Source: Ureibacillus sp. (GTDB lineage: Bacteria > Bacillota > Bacilli > Bacillales_A > Planococcaceae). Taken from it: 64,000 bases of DNA. The stretch covers positions 386 through 64,385 of the forward strand of contig DATMGC010000151.1 in assembly GCA_035555915.1 (NCBI GenBank). The letters are read 5' to 3'. The translations under genes and the position numbers were made by a program. Below, one piece after another: positions 12,289 to 23,556 of this stretch (within the stretch, counting starts at the first letter, position 1; each line of letters opens with the position of its first letter). The notes beneath the pieces were generated by a model. The model ran no database searches and was not told the origin of the DNA. It was given only the letters and a program-made list of their open reading frames with translations.

Positions 12289-13071
12289 TTATGCTTCTTC
12301 TGTTACCGCGTCTGTATTCTCAATTCCTAGTTCTTGTTTAATCCAGTCATAACCTTCTGCTTCTAAGCGTTGTGCTAATTCTGGACCACCTGATTTTACA
12401 ACACGGCCTTGCATCATAACATGTACATGATCTGGAGTAATGTAGTTTAATAAACGTTGGTAGTGAGTGATTGCGATACATCCAAATCCTTCACCACGCA
12501 TTGCGTTAATACCTTTTGCAACAACTTTTAATGCATCGATATCTAGACCAGAGTCGATTTCGTCTAGAATTGCAAATTTTGGTTTAATCATCATTAATTG
12601 AAGAATTTCGTTACGTTTCTTTTCCCCACCAGAGAAACCTTCGTTTAAGTAACGTTGAGCCATTTCTTGGTCCATTTCTAAGAAATCCATTGCTTTATCT
12701 AATTCACGGATGAATTTCATTAATGAGATTTCATCACCTTCTTCACGGCGAGCGTTAATAGCAGAGCGAATGAAGTCAGCATTTGTTACACCTGAAATTT
12801 CTGATGGGTATTGCATAGCTAGGAATAATCCCGCTTTCGCACGTTCATCAACTTCCATTTCAAGTACGTTTTCACCATCTATTTCAATTGTACCTTGAGT
12901 TACCTCGTATTTAGGATGCCCCATAATAGCTGAAGCTAGTGTGGATTTACCTGTACCGTTAGGACCCATGATAGCGTGAATTTCGTTTGTATTAATAGTA
13001 AGGTTTAAACCTTTTAAAATCTCCTTATCTTCAATTGATACATGAAGATCTTTAATTACTAAAGTTGACAT
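12289..13071 (-). CDS. sufC: Fe-S cluster assembly ATPase SufC
   Basis: MGPNGTGKST, NEGFSGGEKKRNEILQ; start re-assigned to ATG 13071 after GGAGG. Confidence 0.97.
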   Translation of the reverse strand: MSTLVIKDLHVSIEDKEILKGLNLTINTNEIHAIMGPNGTGKSTLASAIMGHPKYEVTQGTIEIDGENVLEMEVDERAKAGLFLAMQYPSEISGVTNADFIRSAINARREEGDEISLMKFIRELDKAMDFLEMDQEMAQRYLNEGFSGGEKKRNEILQLMMIKPKFAILDEIDSGLDIDALKVVAKGINAMRGEGFGCIAITHYQRLLNYITPDHVHVMMQGRVVKSGGPELAQRLEAEGYDWIKQELGIENTDAVTEEA

Positions 13072-13519
13072 TATATTACCTCCGTAGTTGTGCAATGAAT
13101 GGTAAAACCATTTCTAATTTATTATCATTCTAATCTTAACCGAAATTATAAAACCATGCAAAACATTTATTCGAAAAACTTATTTTTCAACGAAAACCAT
13201 TAAGATATTGGAGTTTTACACTTTTTTATAGTTTTTGAGGAAAGTAAGTAAGGGGAAAATTAGGAGAATTCATTTTCAATAAATATACACTAATTGAGAA
13301 TCTATTTCACCTGTAATATTCGACAAAATACTTTTAAGTTCGATATTATGTCCCTCAAATAGTTTACCATTATCTATTCCTTTCTTATACATTAAATGCA
13401 GAAATTATATTAATAAACCGTTTACTTTAGAATGATAAGTTTGTCTAATAGCTAGCATAGTTATTAGCAGTTTTTAGGTTCAGATTCTTAAAATAGGCTA
13501 GATTTTTTTCCAGTCAAAT

Positions 13520-13555
13520 AAAAAGGGATTTCCGAGTCCTAATCAAACTCGGAAA
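13520..13555 (-). terminator. Terminator after glutamate synthase operon
   Basis: TTTCCGAGT/ACTCGGAAA stem, T-run downstream on minus strand. Confidence 0.65.
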
Positions 13556-13564
13556 CCACCCTAA

Positions 13565-15046
13565 TTATGCGTTCACTTTTACATTTAAGAATTCATCAAC
13601 ACTTGCTGCTACTGCGCGACCTTCTTTAATCGCCCATACAACTAAACTTTGACCGCGTCTTGCATCACCTGCTGCAAATACCCCAGGTACATTAGTTTCA
13701 AAATCTTTAATTGATGCACGTACTTTATTGTTTGAAATTGTCACACCAAATTGTTGTGGTACTGTTTTTTCGACTCCTTCAAAACCAATTGCTACAAATA
13801 CCGCTTGTGCTGGCCAAACTTTTTCAGTGCCCGGAATCTCTTTAAAGAAGTAGAAACCGTCGTCGCCTAAGATTTTTTGCATTTGAATTGTATGAAGTTC
13901 TTTTACACGACCCGCTGAATCCTTAACAATTTCTGTTGTTTGAATACAATATTCACGAGGGTCATGGCCTTTTGCTGCTGCTACCTCTTCATATGCATAA
14001 TCTAATTTATAAACATTTGGATCTTGTGGCCAAGGACGATCTTCTTCTTGGCGAGTTTTTGGCAACTCAGGATGTTTACCAAATTGATGAACGGAACGTG
14101 CTTTTTGACGAATAGCAGTTGCTACACAGTCAGCTCCTGTATCACCACCACCGATAACAATAACGTCTTTACCTGCAACATCTAATGCTTTGCCATCTTT
14201 GAAATTAGAATCTAGTAGACTTTGTGTTACACCAGTTAAGTAATCCATTGCTAAATGTACACCCTCAGCATCACTACCTTCTAGGTGTAAAACACGTTGT
14301 TTTTGAGCACCGATACATAGGATTACAGCATCATATTGTGCTTTTAACTCATCCGCAGTGATATCTTTACCGATTTCTGTACTTAGTACAAAGTCAATTC
14401 CTTCTTGGCGAAGGAGGTTGACGCGGCGTTCAATGACCTCTTTTTCTAACTTCATGTTTGGAATACCATACATTAACAATCCACCTGGACGATCTGCACG
14501 TTCGTATACAGTAACACTGTGTCCAAGTTGGTTTAATTGGTCTGCTGCTGCTAAGCCAGCTGGGCCTGAACCAACTATAGCTACTTTTCTACCTGTTCGA
14601 GTTCTTGGAATGCGTGGAATAATCCAGTTATTTTCAAAACCTTTATCGATTATCGAACGTTCAATAGATTTAATTGCTACTGCTGGATCTGTAATACCTA
14701 ATGTACAAGAACCTTCACAAGGCGCTGGACAAACGCGCCCTGTAAATTCTGGGAAGTTATTCGTCATATGAAGACGGTCTAATGCTTCTTTCCATTTCCC
14801 TTTATAAACTAAATCGTTCCATTCTGGTATTACGTTTTGAATTGGACAGCCTGCAGCCGCACCACGAATTTCAACTCCCATATGACAAAATGGAGTACCA
14901 CAATCCATACATCTTGCACCTTGCTCTTGTAACGTCTCATCTGGCAGCCTAGTAGCATATTCATTCCAATTCGAAATACGCTCTAGTGGAGGCTGCTCTT
15001 TCGTTTTAGTTCGCTTAAACTCCATAAATCCTGTTGGTTTCCCCAT
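13565..15046 (-). CDS. gltD: Glutamate synthase small subunit (gltB in B. subtilis nomenclature)
   Basis: RCMDCGTPFC, GRVCPAPCE, GSGPAGL, GGGDTGADC. Confidence 0.96.
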   Translation of the reverse strand: MGKPTGFMEFKRTKTKEQPPLERISNWNEYATRLPDETLQEQGARCMDCGTPFCHMGVEIRGAAAGCPIQNVIPEWNDLVYKGKWKEALDRLHMTNNFPEFTGRVCPAPCEGSCTLGITDPAVAIKSIERSIIDKGFENNWIIPRIPRTRTGRKVAIVGSGPAGLAAADQLNQLGHSVTVYERADRPGGLLMYGIPNMKLEKEVIERRVNLLRQEGIDFVLSTEIGKDITADELKAQYDAVILCIGAQKQRVLHLEGSDAEGVHLAMDYLTGVTQSLLDSNFKDGKALDVAGKDVIVIGGGDTGADCVATAIRQKARSVHQFGKHPELPKTRQEEDRPWPQDPNVYKLDYAYEEVAAAKGHDPREYCIQTTEIVKDSAGRVKELHTIQMQKILGDDGFYFFKEIPGTEKVWPAQAVFVAIGFEGVEKTVPQQFGVTISNNKVRASIKDFETNVPGVFAAGDARRGQSLVVWAIKEGRAVAASVDEFLNVKVNA

Positions 15047-15060
15047 TCTAGAACCCCCTC

Positions 15061-18000
15061 TTATTTGGAAATCGCTAATTCTTTAGCGCCAGTAGCCTCA
15101 ACAAATGCTTGCATTGCAGCAGTTTCCTCTGTTAATCCTTGGAAACGGTGATAACTAATTTTATCAATCATGGCTTTATAATCTGTTGGTACAACTTTCA
15201 CAAACTTCGGTATAAATTGATCCCACTTCGCTAAAATATCTAGTGCAATCGTACTTTCAGTATGTTCTAAGTGTTTAATAATCATAGAACGTACAGCTTC
15301 GATTTCGTTTTTATCTTGTAAACTTTCAAATTCAATCATTTCTGTATTACATGTTTCTTTAAACTTCGCAATATCTGTTGGTAAAACATAAGCAATACCA
15401 CCGCTCATACCAGCAGCAAAGTTTTTCCCTACATCTCCTAAGATGACTACACGTCCACCAGTCATATATTCACAACCATGGTCTCCAATACCTTCTACAA
15501 CTACATTGGCACCACTGTTACGAACCGCAAAACGCTCCCCGGCACGACCATTAATATAAGCAGTTCCGCTTGTAGCTCCATATAGACAAACGTTACCAGC
15601 AATAACGTTTTTCTCTTGCTCCCCTTTAATTGGTGCAATAGCTACTAGTTTCCCACCTGATAAACCTTTACCGAAGTAGTCATTTACGTCACCTAGACAA
15701 GTTAGAGTCATCCCTTTAGGAACGAATGCCCCAAAGCTTTGACCTGCATGACCTGTAAAGTTAAGCTTGATTGTTTCTTCTTTTAGCCCAACTTCCCCGT
15801 ACTTTTTCGAAATTTCACTTCCAATAATAGTACCCATTACACGGTCTGTATTTTTAATTGTATAGTTAAGTTCGATAGATTCTTTTTCGTTGATACTTTT
15901 TTCAACTTTAGGTAAAAGCTCACGAATATCAAATGTCTCTTCAATACGAAGATCTTGATTTGATTGTTTTGTTCGAGCTCCTTGAACTTGGTAAAGCAAT
16001 GCCGATAAATCAAGTTGACCAGCTTTCCAATGAGATTTTGCTCGTTCGCTAATTTGTAGGATATCAGTACGGCCAACCATTTCTTCAACTGTACGGAATC
16101 CTAATTTTGCCATATACTCACGCATTTCTTCTGCTATGAAGTACATGAAGTTAACGATATGATCTGCGTTCCCCATAAATTTAGCACGCAATTCTGGATT
16201 TTGTGTAGCTACCCCTACCGGACATGTATCTAAATGACATGCACGCATCATGATACAGCCAAGAACGATTAATGGTGCAGTAGCAAATCCAAACTCTTCA
16301 GCTCCAAGTAAAGCAGCCATTACAACATCTTTACCCGTCATAAGCTTTCCATCAGTTTCTAATGTTACACGTTCACGTAGACCATTTAACATTAATGTTT
16401 GATGTGCTTCAGCTAAACCTAGCTCCCATGGTAAACCAGTATGTTTAATAGAAGTTTTAGGTGATGCACCAGTACCTCCATCGTAACCAGAGATGACAAT
16501 TACATCAGCACCACCTTTTGCAACACCCGCTGCAATAGTTCCAACACCAGCTTTTGCAACTAGTTTCACAGAAATGCGAGCTTCACGGTTAGCATTTTTC
16601 AAATCATAAATAAGTTCCGCTAAATCTTCAATTGAATAAATATCATGGTGTGGAGGCGGTGAAATTAAGCCTACACCAGGAGTAGAACCACGAACATCAG
16701 CAACCCATGGATAAACTTTATTGCCCGGTAATTGTCCACCTTCACCTGGTTTTGCACCTTGAGCCATTTTAATTTGTAATTCTTTCGCATTAACTAAGTA
16801 ATGGGATTTTACACCGAAACGACCTGATGCAATTTGTTTAATCGCACTACTACGGTTATCTCCATTCGCGTCGACTTCATAACGAGCGTTATCTTCCCCG
16901 CCCTCACCTGAATTCGAACGTCCACCAATACGGTTCATGGCAATTGCTAATGTCTCATGAGCTTCTTTTGAGATCGAACCAAATGACATAGCCCCAGTTT
17001 TGAATCGTTTGACGATAGAATCAACTGATTCAACATCCTCTAATGATATAGATTTATTAGTAGATTTGAACTCAAACATGTTACGTAGGAATCCAATTTG
17101 TTCCTCATTTGCCATTTCTGCATACATTCTATATAAACCAAAGTCATTTCTTCTTGTAGCAGTTTGTAGCGTATGAATTGTTTTAGGATTAAATGCATGG
17201 TGTTCCCCATTCGCACGCCATTGGAATTCACTTCCTGATTCTAATAAGTTATCTTTAGAATCAAATGCGAGTTGGTGACGACGCTTCGCTTCTTCACCAA
17301 TTGTTTCTAAATCAATACCATCAATTTGGGAAGCAGTGCCTGTGAAATATCGATCAACAACTTCTTTGCTAATTCCAACTGCTTCAAAAATCTGAGCACC
17401 ACGATAAGATTGAACAGTTGAGATACCCATTTTAGACATTACTTTTACTACACCATCAGCAATACCCTTACGATATTTACTTACTGCATCTTGGTAGCTA
17501 ATAGTTAAATGACCAGCATCAATAGCTTGTTGAATAGAAGCATACGCAAGATAAGGTGTGATTGCATCTGCACCAAATCCAACTAGAGCTGCAAAGTGGT
17601 GTACTTCGCGTGCTTCACCACTATGTGCAATAATGCTTACAAGTGTACGTTTACCTGTACGAACTAAATATTGATGTAAACTACTTACAGCAAGTAAAAT
17701 TGGAATCGTAGGTGTAGTAACATTATCCAATTCATCCGATAACACTAATAAAGTAATTCCTTTTTCAATTGCTGCATCTGCTTCGTTAAATAAACGTTGC
17801 AGTTCAACTTCAAGTGCGTCTTTGAACTGAAGTGTAAGTACTGTATGTTGGAAATGTTTATTATTTATACTAGTAATCTCGTTTAACTCTCCATCAGTTA
17901 AGATAGGAGTTTCTAAAAAAATACGTCTCGCATTTTCAGCATTTGGATGCAATAAGTTTCCTTCAGCTCCAAGTAGCGTCATAGTCGAAGTTACAATGTG

Positions 18001-19581
18001 CTCACGAATTGAATCAATTGGTGGGTTTGTAACCTGAGCGAATAATTGTTTAAAGTAATTAAATAGTGATTGTGGACGATCGGATAACACAGCTAAAGGT
18101 GTGTCATTCCCCATTGAACCAATCGGGTCTTTTCCACTGCTTGCAATTGGAACAATATATTTTTGAGTATCTTCAAAAGTATAACCAAAGGATTTTTGAC
18201 GTACGACTAAGTCTTCAACCTCTTTTGGAGTTTCTTTATCAGCTTCAACTGTAATTAAGTTTTCTTCTAACCATTTTCCGTAAGGCTGTGCTTGAGCCAT
18301 TTCACTTTTTAACTCTTCATCAGAAACAATTTTCCCTTGCTCTAAATCTATTAATAGCATACGGCCTGGACTTAAACGCTCTTTATAAAGAACATTTTCT
18401 TCATCAATGTCTACAACTCCTACTTCAGAAGAAAAGACAATCATATCGTCCTTTGTTACATAGTAGCGCGCCGGACGTAATCCATTACGGTCTAGAATCG
18501 AACCGATTTGTTTCCCATCTGTGAAACAAATTGCAGATGGTCCATCCCAAGGCTCCATCATACTTGCATGGTAAGCATAAAATGCTTTTTTCTCTTCTGA
18601 GATATGAGGATTTTCTGTCCAAGGTTCTGGGATAAGCATCATTGCTGTATGTGCTGGTGTACGACCAGCTAAAACAAAGAATTCAAAAGCATTATCTAAC
18701 ATTGAAGAATCCGAACCAGTGTTATCAACAATTGGTAATAATTTTTTCAAATCATCTCCAAATGCTTCTGAAACAAAGCGTTGTTCACGTGCTGTCATCC
18801 AGTTGATATTGCCACGTAAAGTATTAATTTCACCATTGTGAACAATATAACGGTTTGGATGCGCACGTTCCCAGCTTGGGAATGTATTAGTAGAATATCT
18901 AGAGTGAACAATAGCAAATGCAGAAATAAAGCTTTCATCTTGAAGGTCAATATAGAACTCACTAACTTCTTCTGGAGTTAATAACCCTTTAAATACCATT
19001 TTTTGACTTGACATACTTGGACAGTAAAATTTCAAATCATTTTCTTTTGCCCAAAACTCTGCTTGCTTACGAATTAAATATAATTTACGTTCAAATGCTA
19101 ATGTATCTTCAACATTTTCACCCTTAATAAAAACTTGGCGCACAACAGGAGCAGTTGATTTTGCGATATCACTTAAAATTTCTTTATTTGTAGGAGCAGT
19201 TCTCCAACCAATTAATGTTTGACCTTCCTGCTCGATTAACTCGTTAATTTTATTTTCAATGGATTCTCTCTCTCTTGTATCCTCTGTGAAAAAAAGTTGA
19301 CCAACTCCATACTCACCTTTTTTAGGTAAGTTTAACTCCGGACAATTTAACTTATAAAATGCATCTGGAATTTGGACCAATAAACCAGCGCCATCGCCAG
19401 TTCTACCATCGCCACCACGACCAGCACGGTGATCTAAACGACATAACATTTCTAATCCGCTTTTTACAATCTCGTGTGAAGCGAGTCCCTTAATATTGGC
19501 ATAAAAACCGATACCACAAGCGTCATGTTCAAAACTTGGTGAATATAACCCTTGTGCTTTCGGAAACTGATGAAAAGTCAT
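15061..19581 (-). CDS. gltB: Glutamate synthase large subunit (gltA in B. subtilis nomenclature)
   Basis: EHDACGIGF amidotransferase N-terminus, IKMAQGAKPGEGG, CHLDTCPVG. Confidence 0.97.
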   Translation of the reverse strand: MTFHQFPKAQGLYSPSFEHDACGIGFYANIKGLASHEIVKSGLEMLCRLDHRAGRGGDGRTGDGAGLLVQIPDAFYKLNCPELNLPKKGEYGVGQLFFTEDTRERESIENKINELIEQEGQTLIGWRTAPTNKEILSDIAKSTAPVVRQVFIKGENVEDTLAFERKLYLIRKQAEFWAKENDLKFYCPSMSSQKMVFKGLLTPEEVSEFYIDLQDESFISAFAIVHSRYSTNTFPSWERAHPNRYIVHNGEINTLRGNINWMTAREQRFVSEAFGDDLKKLLPIVDNTGSDSSMLDNAFEFFVLAGRTPAHTAMMLIPEPWTENPHISEEKKAFYAYHASMMEPWDGPSAICFTDGKQIGSILDRNGLRPARYYVTKDDMIVFSSEVGVVDIDEENVLYKERLSPGRMLLIDLEQGKIVSDEELKSEMAQAQPYGKWLEENLITVEADKETPKEVEDLVVRQKSFGYTFEDTQKYIVPIASSGKDPIGSMGNDTPLAVLSDRPQSLFNYFKQLFAQVTNPPIDSIREHIVTSTMTLLGAEGNLLHPNAENARRIFLETPILTDGELNEITSINNKHFQHTVLTLQFKDALEVELQRLFNEADAAIEKGITLLVLSDELDNVTTPTIPILLAVSSLHQYLVRTGKRTLVSIIAHSGEAREVHHFAALVGFGADAITPYLAYASIQQAIDAGHLTISYQDAVSKYRKGIADGVVKVMSKMGISTVQSYRGAQIFEAVGISKEVVDRYFTGTASQIDGIDLETIGEEAKRRHQLAFDSKDNLLESGSEFQWRANGEHHAFNPKTIHTLQTATRRNDFGLYRMYAEMANEEQIGFLRNMFEFKSTNKSISLEDVESVDSIVKRFKTGAMSFGSISKEAHETLAIAMNRIGGRSNSGEGGEDNARYEVDANGDNRSSAIKQIASGRFGVKSHYLVNAKELQIKMAQGAKPGEGGQLPGNKVYPWVADVRGSTPGVGLISPPPHHDIYSIEDLAELIYDLKNANREARISVKLVAKAGVGTIAAGVAKGGADVIVISGYDGGTGASPKTSIKHTGLPWELGLAEAHQTLMLNGLRERVTLETDGKLMTGKDVVMAALLGAEEFGFATAPLIVLGCIMMRACHLDTCPVGVATQNPELRAKFMGNADHIVNFMYFIAEEMREYMAKLGFRTVEEMVGRTDILQISERAKSHWKAGQLDLSALLYQVQGARTKQSNQDLRIEETFDIRELLPKVEKSINEKESIELNYTIKNTDRVMGTIIGSEISKKYGEVGLKEETIKLNFTGHAGQSFGAFVPKGMTLTCLGDVNDYFGKGLSGGKLVAIAPIKGEQEKNVIAGNVCLYGATSGTAYINGRAGERFAVRNSGANVVVEGIGDHGCEYMTGGRVVILGDVGKNFAAGMSGGIAYVLPTDIAKFKETCNTEMIEFESLQDKNEIEAVRSMIIKHLEHTESTIALDILAKWDQFIPKFVKVVPTDYKAMIDKISYHRFQGLTEETAAMQAFVEATGAKELAISK

Positions 19582-19647
19582 GTAAATCCCCCCAAATCTT
19601 CATTAATACCTTATTTACATTGTAAAGTTTTTAGAATAATATAAACA

Positions 19648-19684
19648 ATATATACTTTGGATAGAATTAATCTAATATTTAGAT
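19648..19684. promoter_or_regulatory. GltC binding boxes between gltC and gltAB
   Basis: ATCT-N7-AGAT (19670-19684) and ATCCAAAGTATATAT on minus (19648-19662), resembling the B. subtilis GltC Box I/II arrangement (from memory). Confidence 0.7.
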
Positions 19685-19700
19685 AAATGGGGTGGAAACG

Positions 19701-20603
19701 TTGGAATTACGCCAATTGCGGTACTTTGTTGAGGTAGCTGAACGTGAACATATTTCTGAAGCTGCCGAACAATTACATGTCGCTCAGTCAGCGGTCAGTC
19801 GACAAATTGCGAACCTTGAGGATGAGCTTGGTACACCACTTTTTGAAAGAGTTGGTCGAAATGTGAAACTCACACCGATTGGTAAAATATTTTTAGAGCA
19901 CTCAGTTACCGCGCTGAAGGCAATTGATTTTGCTGTGAAACAGGTAGAAGAATATTTAGATCCTGCCAAAGGAACAATCAAAATCGGTTTCCCAACAAGT
20001 CTTGCAAGTTATGTACTACCTACAGTTATTTCCGCCTTTAAAAAAGAGTATCCGGATGTTCTCTTTCATTTACGACAAGGCTCTTACCGCTATTTAATTG
20101 ATGCAGTAAAGAACCGCGAGCTAAACCTTGCCTTTTTAGGACCTGTACCACAAAGTGATGAGAGCATTAAATCAACAATCCTGTTCAGTGAAAAAATCAG
20201 CGCTTTACTCCCTGCAAATCATCGATTAGCAAATGCAGATCGAATTGTACTTGGAGATTTACGAAAAGAAAACTTCGTACTATTCCCTGAAGGATATATT
20301 TTAAATAAAGTTGCTGTAGATGCTTGTAAAGCTGCAGGCTTCGCTCCAACTGTTACTTCAGAAGGTGAGGACATGGATGCATTGAAAGGGTTAGTAGCTG
20401 CAGGTATTGGGGTTACTTTACTTCCCGAAAGCTCTTTATATGATTCAACCGCACGATTCACTATTAAAAAAGCAATTGACAATCCGCCTATTACTCGAAC
20501 AGTAGGCGTCATATATCCAACAAATCGCGAACTCGGCCCTTCAGAACAAGTATTTTTAAAATTTGTCCAGTCCTTCTTCTCAAGATTAAATCAATTTTTA
20601 TAA
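19701..20603 (+). CDS. gltC: LysR-family activator of glutamate synthase
   Basis: MELRQLRYF LysR HTH, divergent from gltAB; TTG 19701 after GGGGTGG. Confidence 0.9.
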   Translation: MELRQLRYFVEVAEREHISEAAEQLHVAQSAVSRQIANLEDELGTPLFERVGRNVKLTPIGKIFLEHSVTALKAIDFAVKQVEEYLDPAKGTIKIGFPTSLASYVLPTVISAFKKEYPDVLFHLRQGSYRYLIDAVKNRELNLAFLGPVPQSDESIKSTILFSEKISALLPANHRLANADRIVLGDLRKENFVLFPEGYILNKVAVDACKAAGFAPTVTSEGEDMDALKGLVAAGIGVTLLPESSLYDSTARFTIKKAIDNPPITRTVGVIYPTNRELGPSEQVFLKFVQSFFSRLNQFL

Positions 20604-20609
20604 GAATGT

Positions 20610-20645
20610 AAAATGCCCAAAGCTAAACAAGCTTTGGGCATTTTC
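20610..20645 (+). terminator. Terminator after gltC
   Basis: AAATGCCCAAAGC/GCTTTGGGCATTT. Confidence 0.85.
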
Positions 20646-20720
20646 ATTAATTAGGGTGATATTAACCTCGTTGACTGAATTTACAATCCGTTGATCTATA
20701 CTAACCACGGCATTTAATTC

Positions 20721-20752
20721 AAAAAAATAGTGAGGAACAAATCATTCCTCAC
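20721..20752 (-). terminator. Terminator after metQ
   Basis: GTGAGGAA/TTCCTCAC with T7 on minus strand. Confidence 0.75.
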
Positions 20753-20772
20753 AATTTCATGTAACTATTTGA

Positions 20773-21627
20773 TTATTCGTTTACAGGTACTACAGAACCG
20801 CCCCATTCATCAATGATGAATTGTTGGATTTCGTCTGAATGTAATACTTCTACTAAACGTTTAATTGCTTCGTTTTCTTTATCTTCAGAACGCACTGCAA
20901 TAATGTTTACATATGGTGATTCAGATCCCTCAATTGCAATTGAATCTTCGATAGGATTAATTCCTGCATCAATTGCGAAGTTTGAGTTGATTACTACAGC
21001 ATCGCCTTCATCATTTTCATAATAAGTAACCATCATTTCAGGTGCATCACTTGGCTCAATTTTTAAGTTTTTAGGATTTTCAACGATATCATCAATTGTA
21101 GCTGTAGTTTTATCAATTCCATCAGCTAATTTGATTAATCCTTTAGCTTCTAATAAAGATAAAATACGACCATGGTCAGGAATTGAACTTGAGATTAAAA
21201 TTGTAGCACCATCAGGAAGTTCATCTAATGATTTATATTTTTTTGAGTAAATACCGATTGGTTCGATATGGATACCACCAGCATTCACGATATCATAACC
21301 TTCTTCAGCAACTTTTTGTTCTAAGTATGGAATGTGTTGGAAGTAGTTAGCATCAAGATCCCCATTCGCTAAATCTTCATTTGGTAAAATATAATCTTGA
21401 TATTCTTCAATTTCTAAATCGATGTCTTCTTTAGCTAAAATATCTTTTGCTTTTTCTAAAATAACAGCATGAGGTGTGTGTGAAGCACCAATTTTGATTG
21501 TAGTTTTTTCTTCTGATGCTGATTTTCCATCATCTGTAGTTGATGTTGATTCTTCTTTATCAGCTCCACAAGCTGCTAAAGCGAGAACAACTACTGACAA
21601 TAATAAGAAAGATAATAATTTCTTCAT
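20773..21627 (-). CDS. metQ: Methionine ABC transporter substrate-binding lipoprotein
   Basis: Lipobox LAACG, DANYFQHIPYL, IHIEPIGIYS; start re-assigned to MKKLLSF. Confidence 0.93.
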   Translation of the reverse strand: MKKLLSFLLLSVVVLALAACGADKEESTSTTDDGKSASEEKTTIKIGASHTPHAVILEKAKDILAKEDIDLEIEEYQDYILPNEDLANGDLDANYFQHIPYLEQKVAEEGYDIVNAGGIHIEPIGIYSKKYKSLDELPDGATILISSSIPDHGRILSLLEAKGLIKLADGIDKTTATIDDIVENPKNLKIEPSDAPEMMVTYYENDEGDAVVINSNFAIDAGINPIEDSIAIEGSESPYVNIIAVRSEDKENEAIKRLVEVLHSDEIQQFIIDEWGGSVVPVNE

Positions 21628-21687
21628 GTATGATCTTGCTCCTTTTGTGTTTTTTATATGTAAATGGCAATTGCCACAAACATTCAA

Positions 21688-22356
21688 TTATCGTTTATCA
21701 GTTTTTGTTGTTATAGCGTCACCTATCCATTGAAGGATAAATACAATGATTAAGATGAAAATTGTAGCTAAAATCGTGACATCTTCACGACTTCTTTGGA
21801 ATCCTTCTAAATACGCTAAATTCCCTAATCCACCTGCACCAATAATTCCAGCCATCGCTGTATAACCTACTAATGTAACAGCTGTGACAGTAATACCAGA
21901 TAATAATGCTGGTAATGCCTCAGGGATCAATACTTTCCATATAATCGTAGAAGTCTTTGCACCCATTGAACGTGCAGCTTCAATAACACCTTTATCAATT
22001 TCTCGTAAAGCAATTAATACCATACGTGCATAAAATGGTGCTGAACCAATGATTAAAGCTGGTAGTGCAGCATTAACACCTCGAATAGTTCCAAGTAAGT
22101 ATTTTGTAAATGGTATTAATAAAATAATTAAGATAATAAACGGAATAGATCGGAATATGTTAACAAGTGAACCTGTTAAAAAATTGACAATTTTATTTGC
22201 CCACATTTGGTGAGGACTTGTTAAAAACAATAAGATACCAATAGCCAGTCCAAGAACAAAGGTTACACCTGTTGAAATAATTGTCATATATAACGTGTCA
22301 TATGTAGCTTCCCACATATCTTGCCAATCAACATTAGGAAGTAATTGATTAAACAT
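21688..22356 (-). CDS. metP: Methionine ABC transporter permease (MetI/MetP)
   Basis: NIFRSIPFIIL, AMAGIIGAGGLG. Confidence 0.93.
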   Translation of the reverse strand: MFNQLLPNVDWQDMWEATYDTLYMTIISTGVTFVLGLAIGILLFLTSPHQMWANKIVNFLTGSLVNIFRSIPFIILIILLIPFTKYLLGTIRGVNAALPALIIGSAPFYARMVLIALREIDKGVIEAARSMGAKTSTIIWKVLIPEALPALLSGITVTAVTLVGYTAMAGIIGAGGLGNLAYLEGFQRSREDVTILATIFILIIVFILQWIGDAITTKTDKR

Positions 22357-23374
22357 GTTCAATCACCTCCGCTTGAATTTCACGAGACTCTAAGACCTTA
22401 AAAGCCTCTTCAACCTGATTAGGGTGACCATCGATTTGTACAATCAACGTCCCGTAAGGCCCACTCGTAGTTTGAGTAATATTACCGTGAACAATATTTA
22501 CTTCCACATTAAACTCTTTAATAATTTGTGCTATTACTGGTTGTTCTGTTTTCTTTCCGATAAATGTTAACTTAACAATCTTTCCAGTAGGATAATTCAC
22601 TAAAATTTGTTCAATTGACTCTTTTGATTCCTTTGTTCCTGATACTTGCATGACGAAGTTTTTAGTTATCTCTGCTTGTGGATTTTGGAATACTTGGAGC
22701 ACTTCACCTGTTTCTACAACACGTCCAGCTTCCATAACCGCCACACGATGACAAATTTTGCGAATGACATGCATTTCATGTGTAATTAGGACAATTGTAA
22801 GTCCTAAACGCTTATTAATATCAAGCAGTAATTCTAAAATAGCATCCGTTGTTTCAGGATCCAGTGCACTTGTAGCTTCATCACAAAGCAATACTTCTGG
22901 GTTATTTGCAAGTGCTCTTGCGATACCAACACGTTGCTTTTGTCCACCTGATAATTGAGATGGATACGCGTTTTCTCTACCTGATAAACCAACTAAATCA
23001 ATTAACTCTTTCACCTTTTTGGCTCTTTCAGCTTTGCTAACACCTGCAATTTCTAAAGGAAAGGCAATGTTTTCTGAAACTGTTCGAGACCACAAAAGGT
23101 TGAAGTGTTGGAAAATCATACTAATTTTCTGACGAGCTTGACGAAGCTGGGAGCCAGAAATTGACGAGATCTGTTGGCCGTTTACTTCTACTGTTCCAGA
23201 GGAAGGTTTTTCTAACCCGTTAAGTAAACGAATCATTGTACTTTTCCCGGCTCCACTATATCCTATAATTCCGAATATTTCACCCTTTTTAATGGATAAA
23301 TTGACATCTTTGACTGCTGTTATTTCTCCACTTTTTGTTTTATATATTTTAGATATATCCTTTAGTGTAATCAT
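22349..23374 (-). CDS. metN: Methionine ABC transporter ATP-binding protein
   Basis: IIGYSGAGKST, LLCDEATSALDP, C-terminal NIL domain. Confidence 0.95.
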   Translation of the reverse strand: MITLKDISKIYKTKSGEITAVKDVNLSIKKGEIFGIIGYSGAGKSTMIRLLNGLEKPSSGTVEVNGQQISSISGSQLRQARQKISMIFQHFNLLWSRTVSENIAFPLEIAGVSKAERAKKVKELIDLVGLSGRENAYPSQLSGGQKQRVGIARALANNPEVLLCDEATSALDPETTDAILELLLDINKRLGLTIVLITHEMHVIRKICHRVAVMEAGRVVETGEVLQVFQNPQAEITKNFVMQVSGTKESKESIEQILVNYPTGKIVKLTFIGKKTEQPVIAQIIKEFNVEVNIVHGNITQTTSGPYGTLIVQIDGHPNQVEEAFKVLESREIQAEVIEHV

Positions 23375-23494
23375 GTTTACTCCTAACTAACGCTAATAGC
23401 GAACCGTAACTATGTATTCTTATGATGTGTTTCTGGAAGTTCAGTATACCCACTTACTGATTATAAAGATGTAAATCTAGTCATTTATGAAAAC

Positions 23495-23528
23495 AAAAAG
23501 CCCCTCTACAAAGACAAGTAGAAAGGGC
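23495..23528 (-). terminator. SAM riboswitch expression-platform terminator
   Basis: GCCCTTTCTAC..GTAGAGGGGC followed by T5 on minus strand. Confidence 0.8.
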
Positions 23529-23556
23529 CGCAAACTTTACTGTATACGTGAACCGT

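Noticed and set aside
13110-13310. Fur/PerR-like boxes upstream of sufC (TGATAAT half-site; TGAGAATCTATTTCA)
   Set aside because: Only one half-site matches well in very AT-rich DNA; not supportable without a PWM scan.
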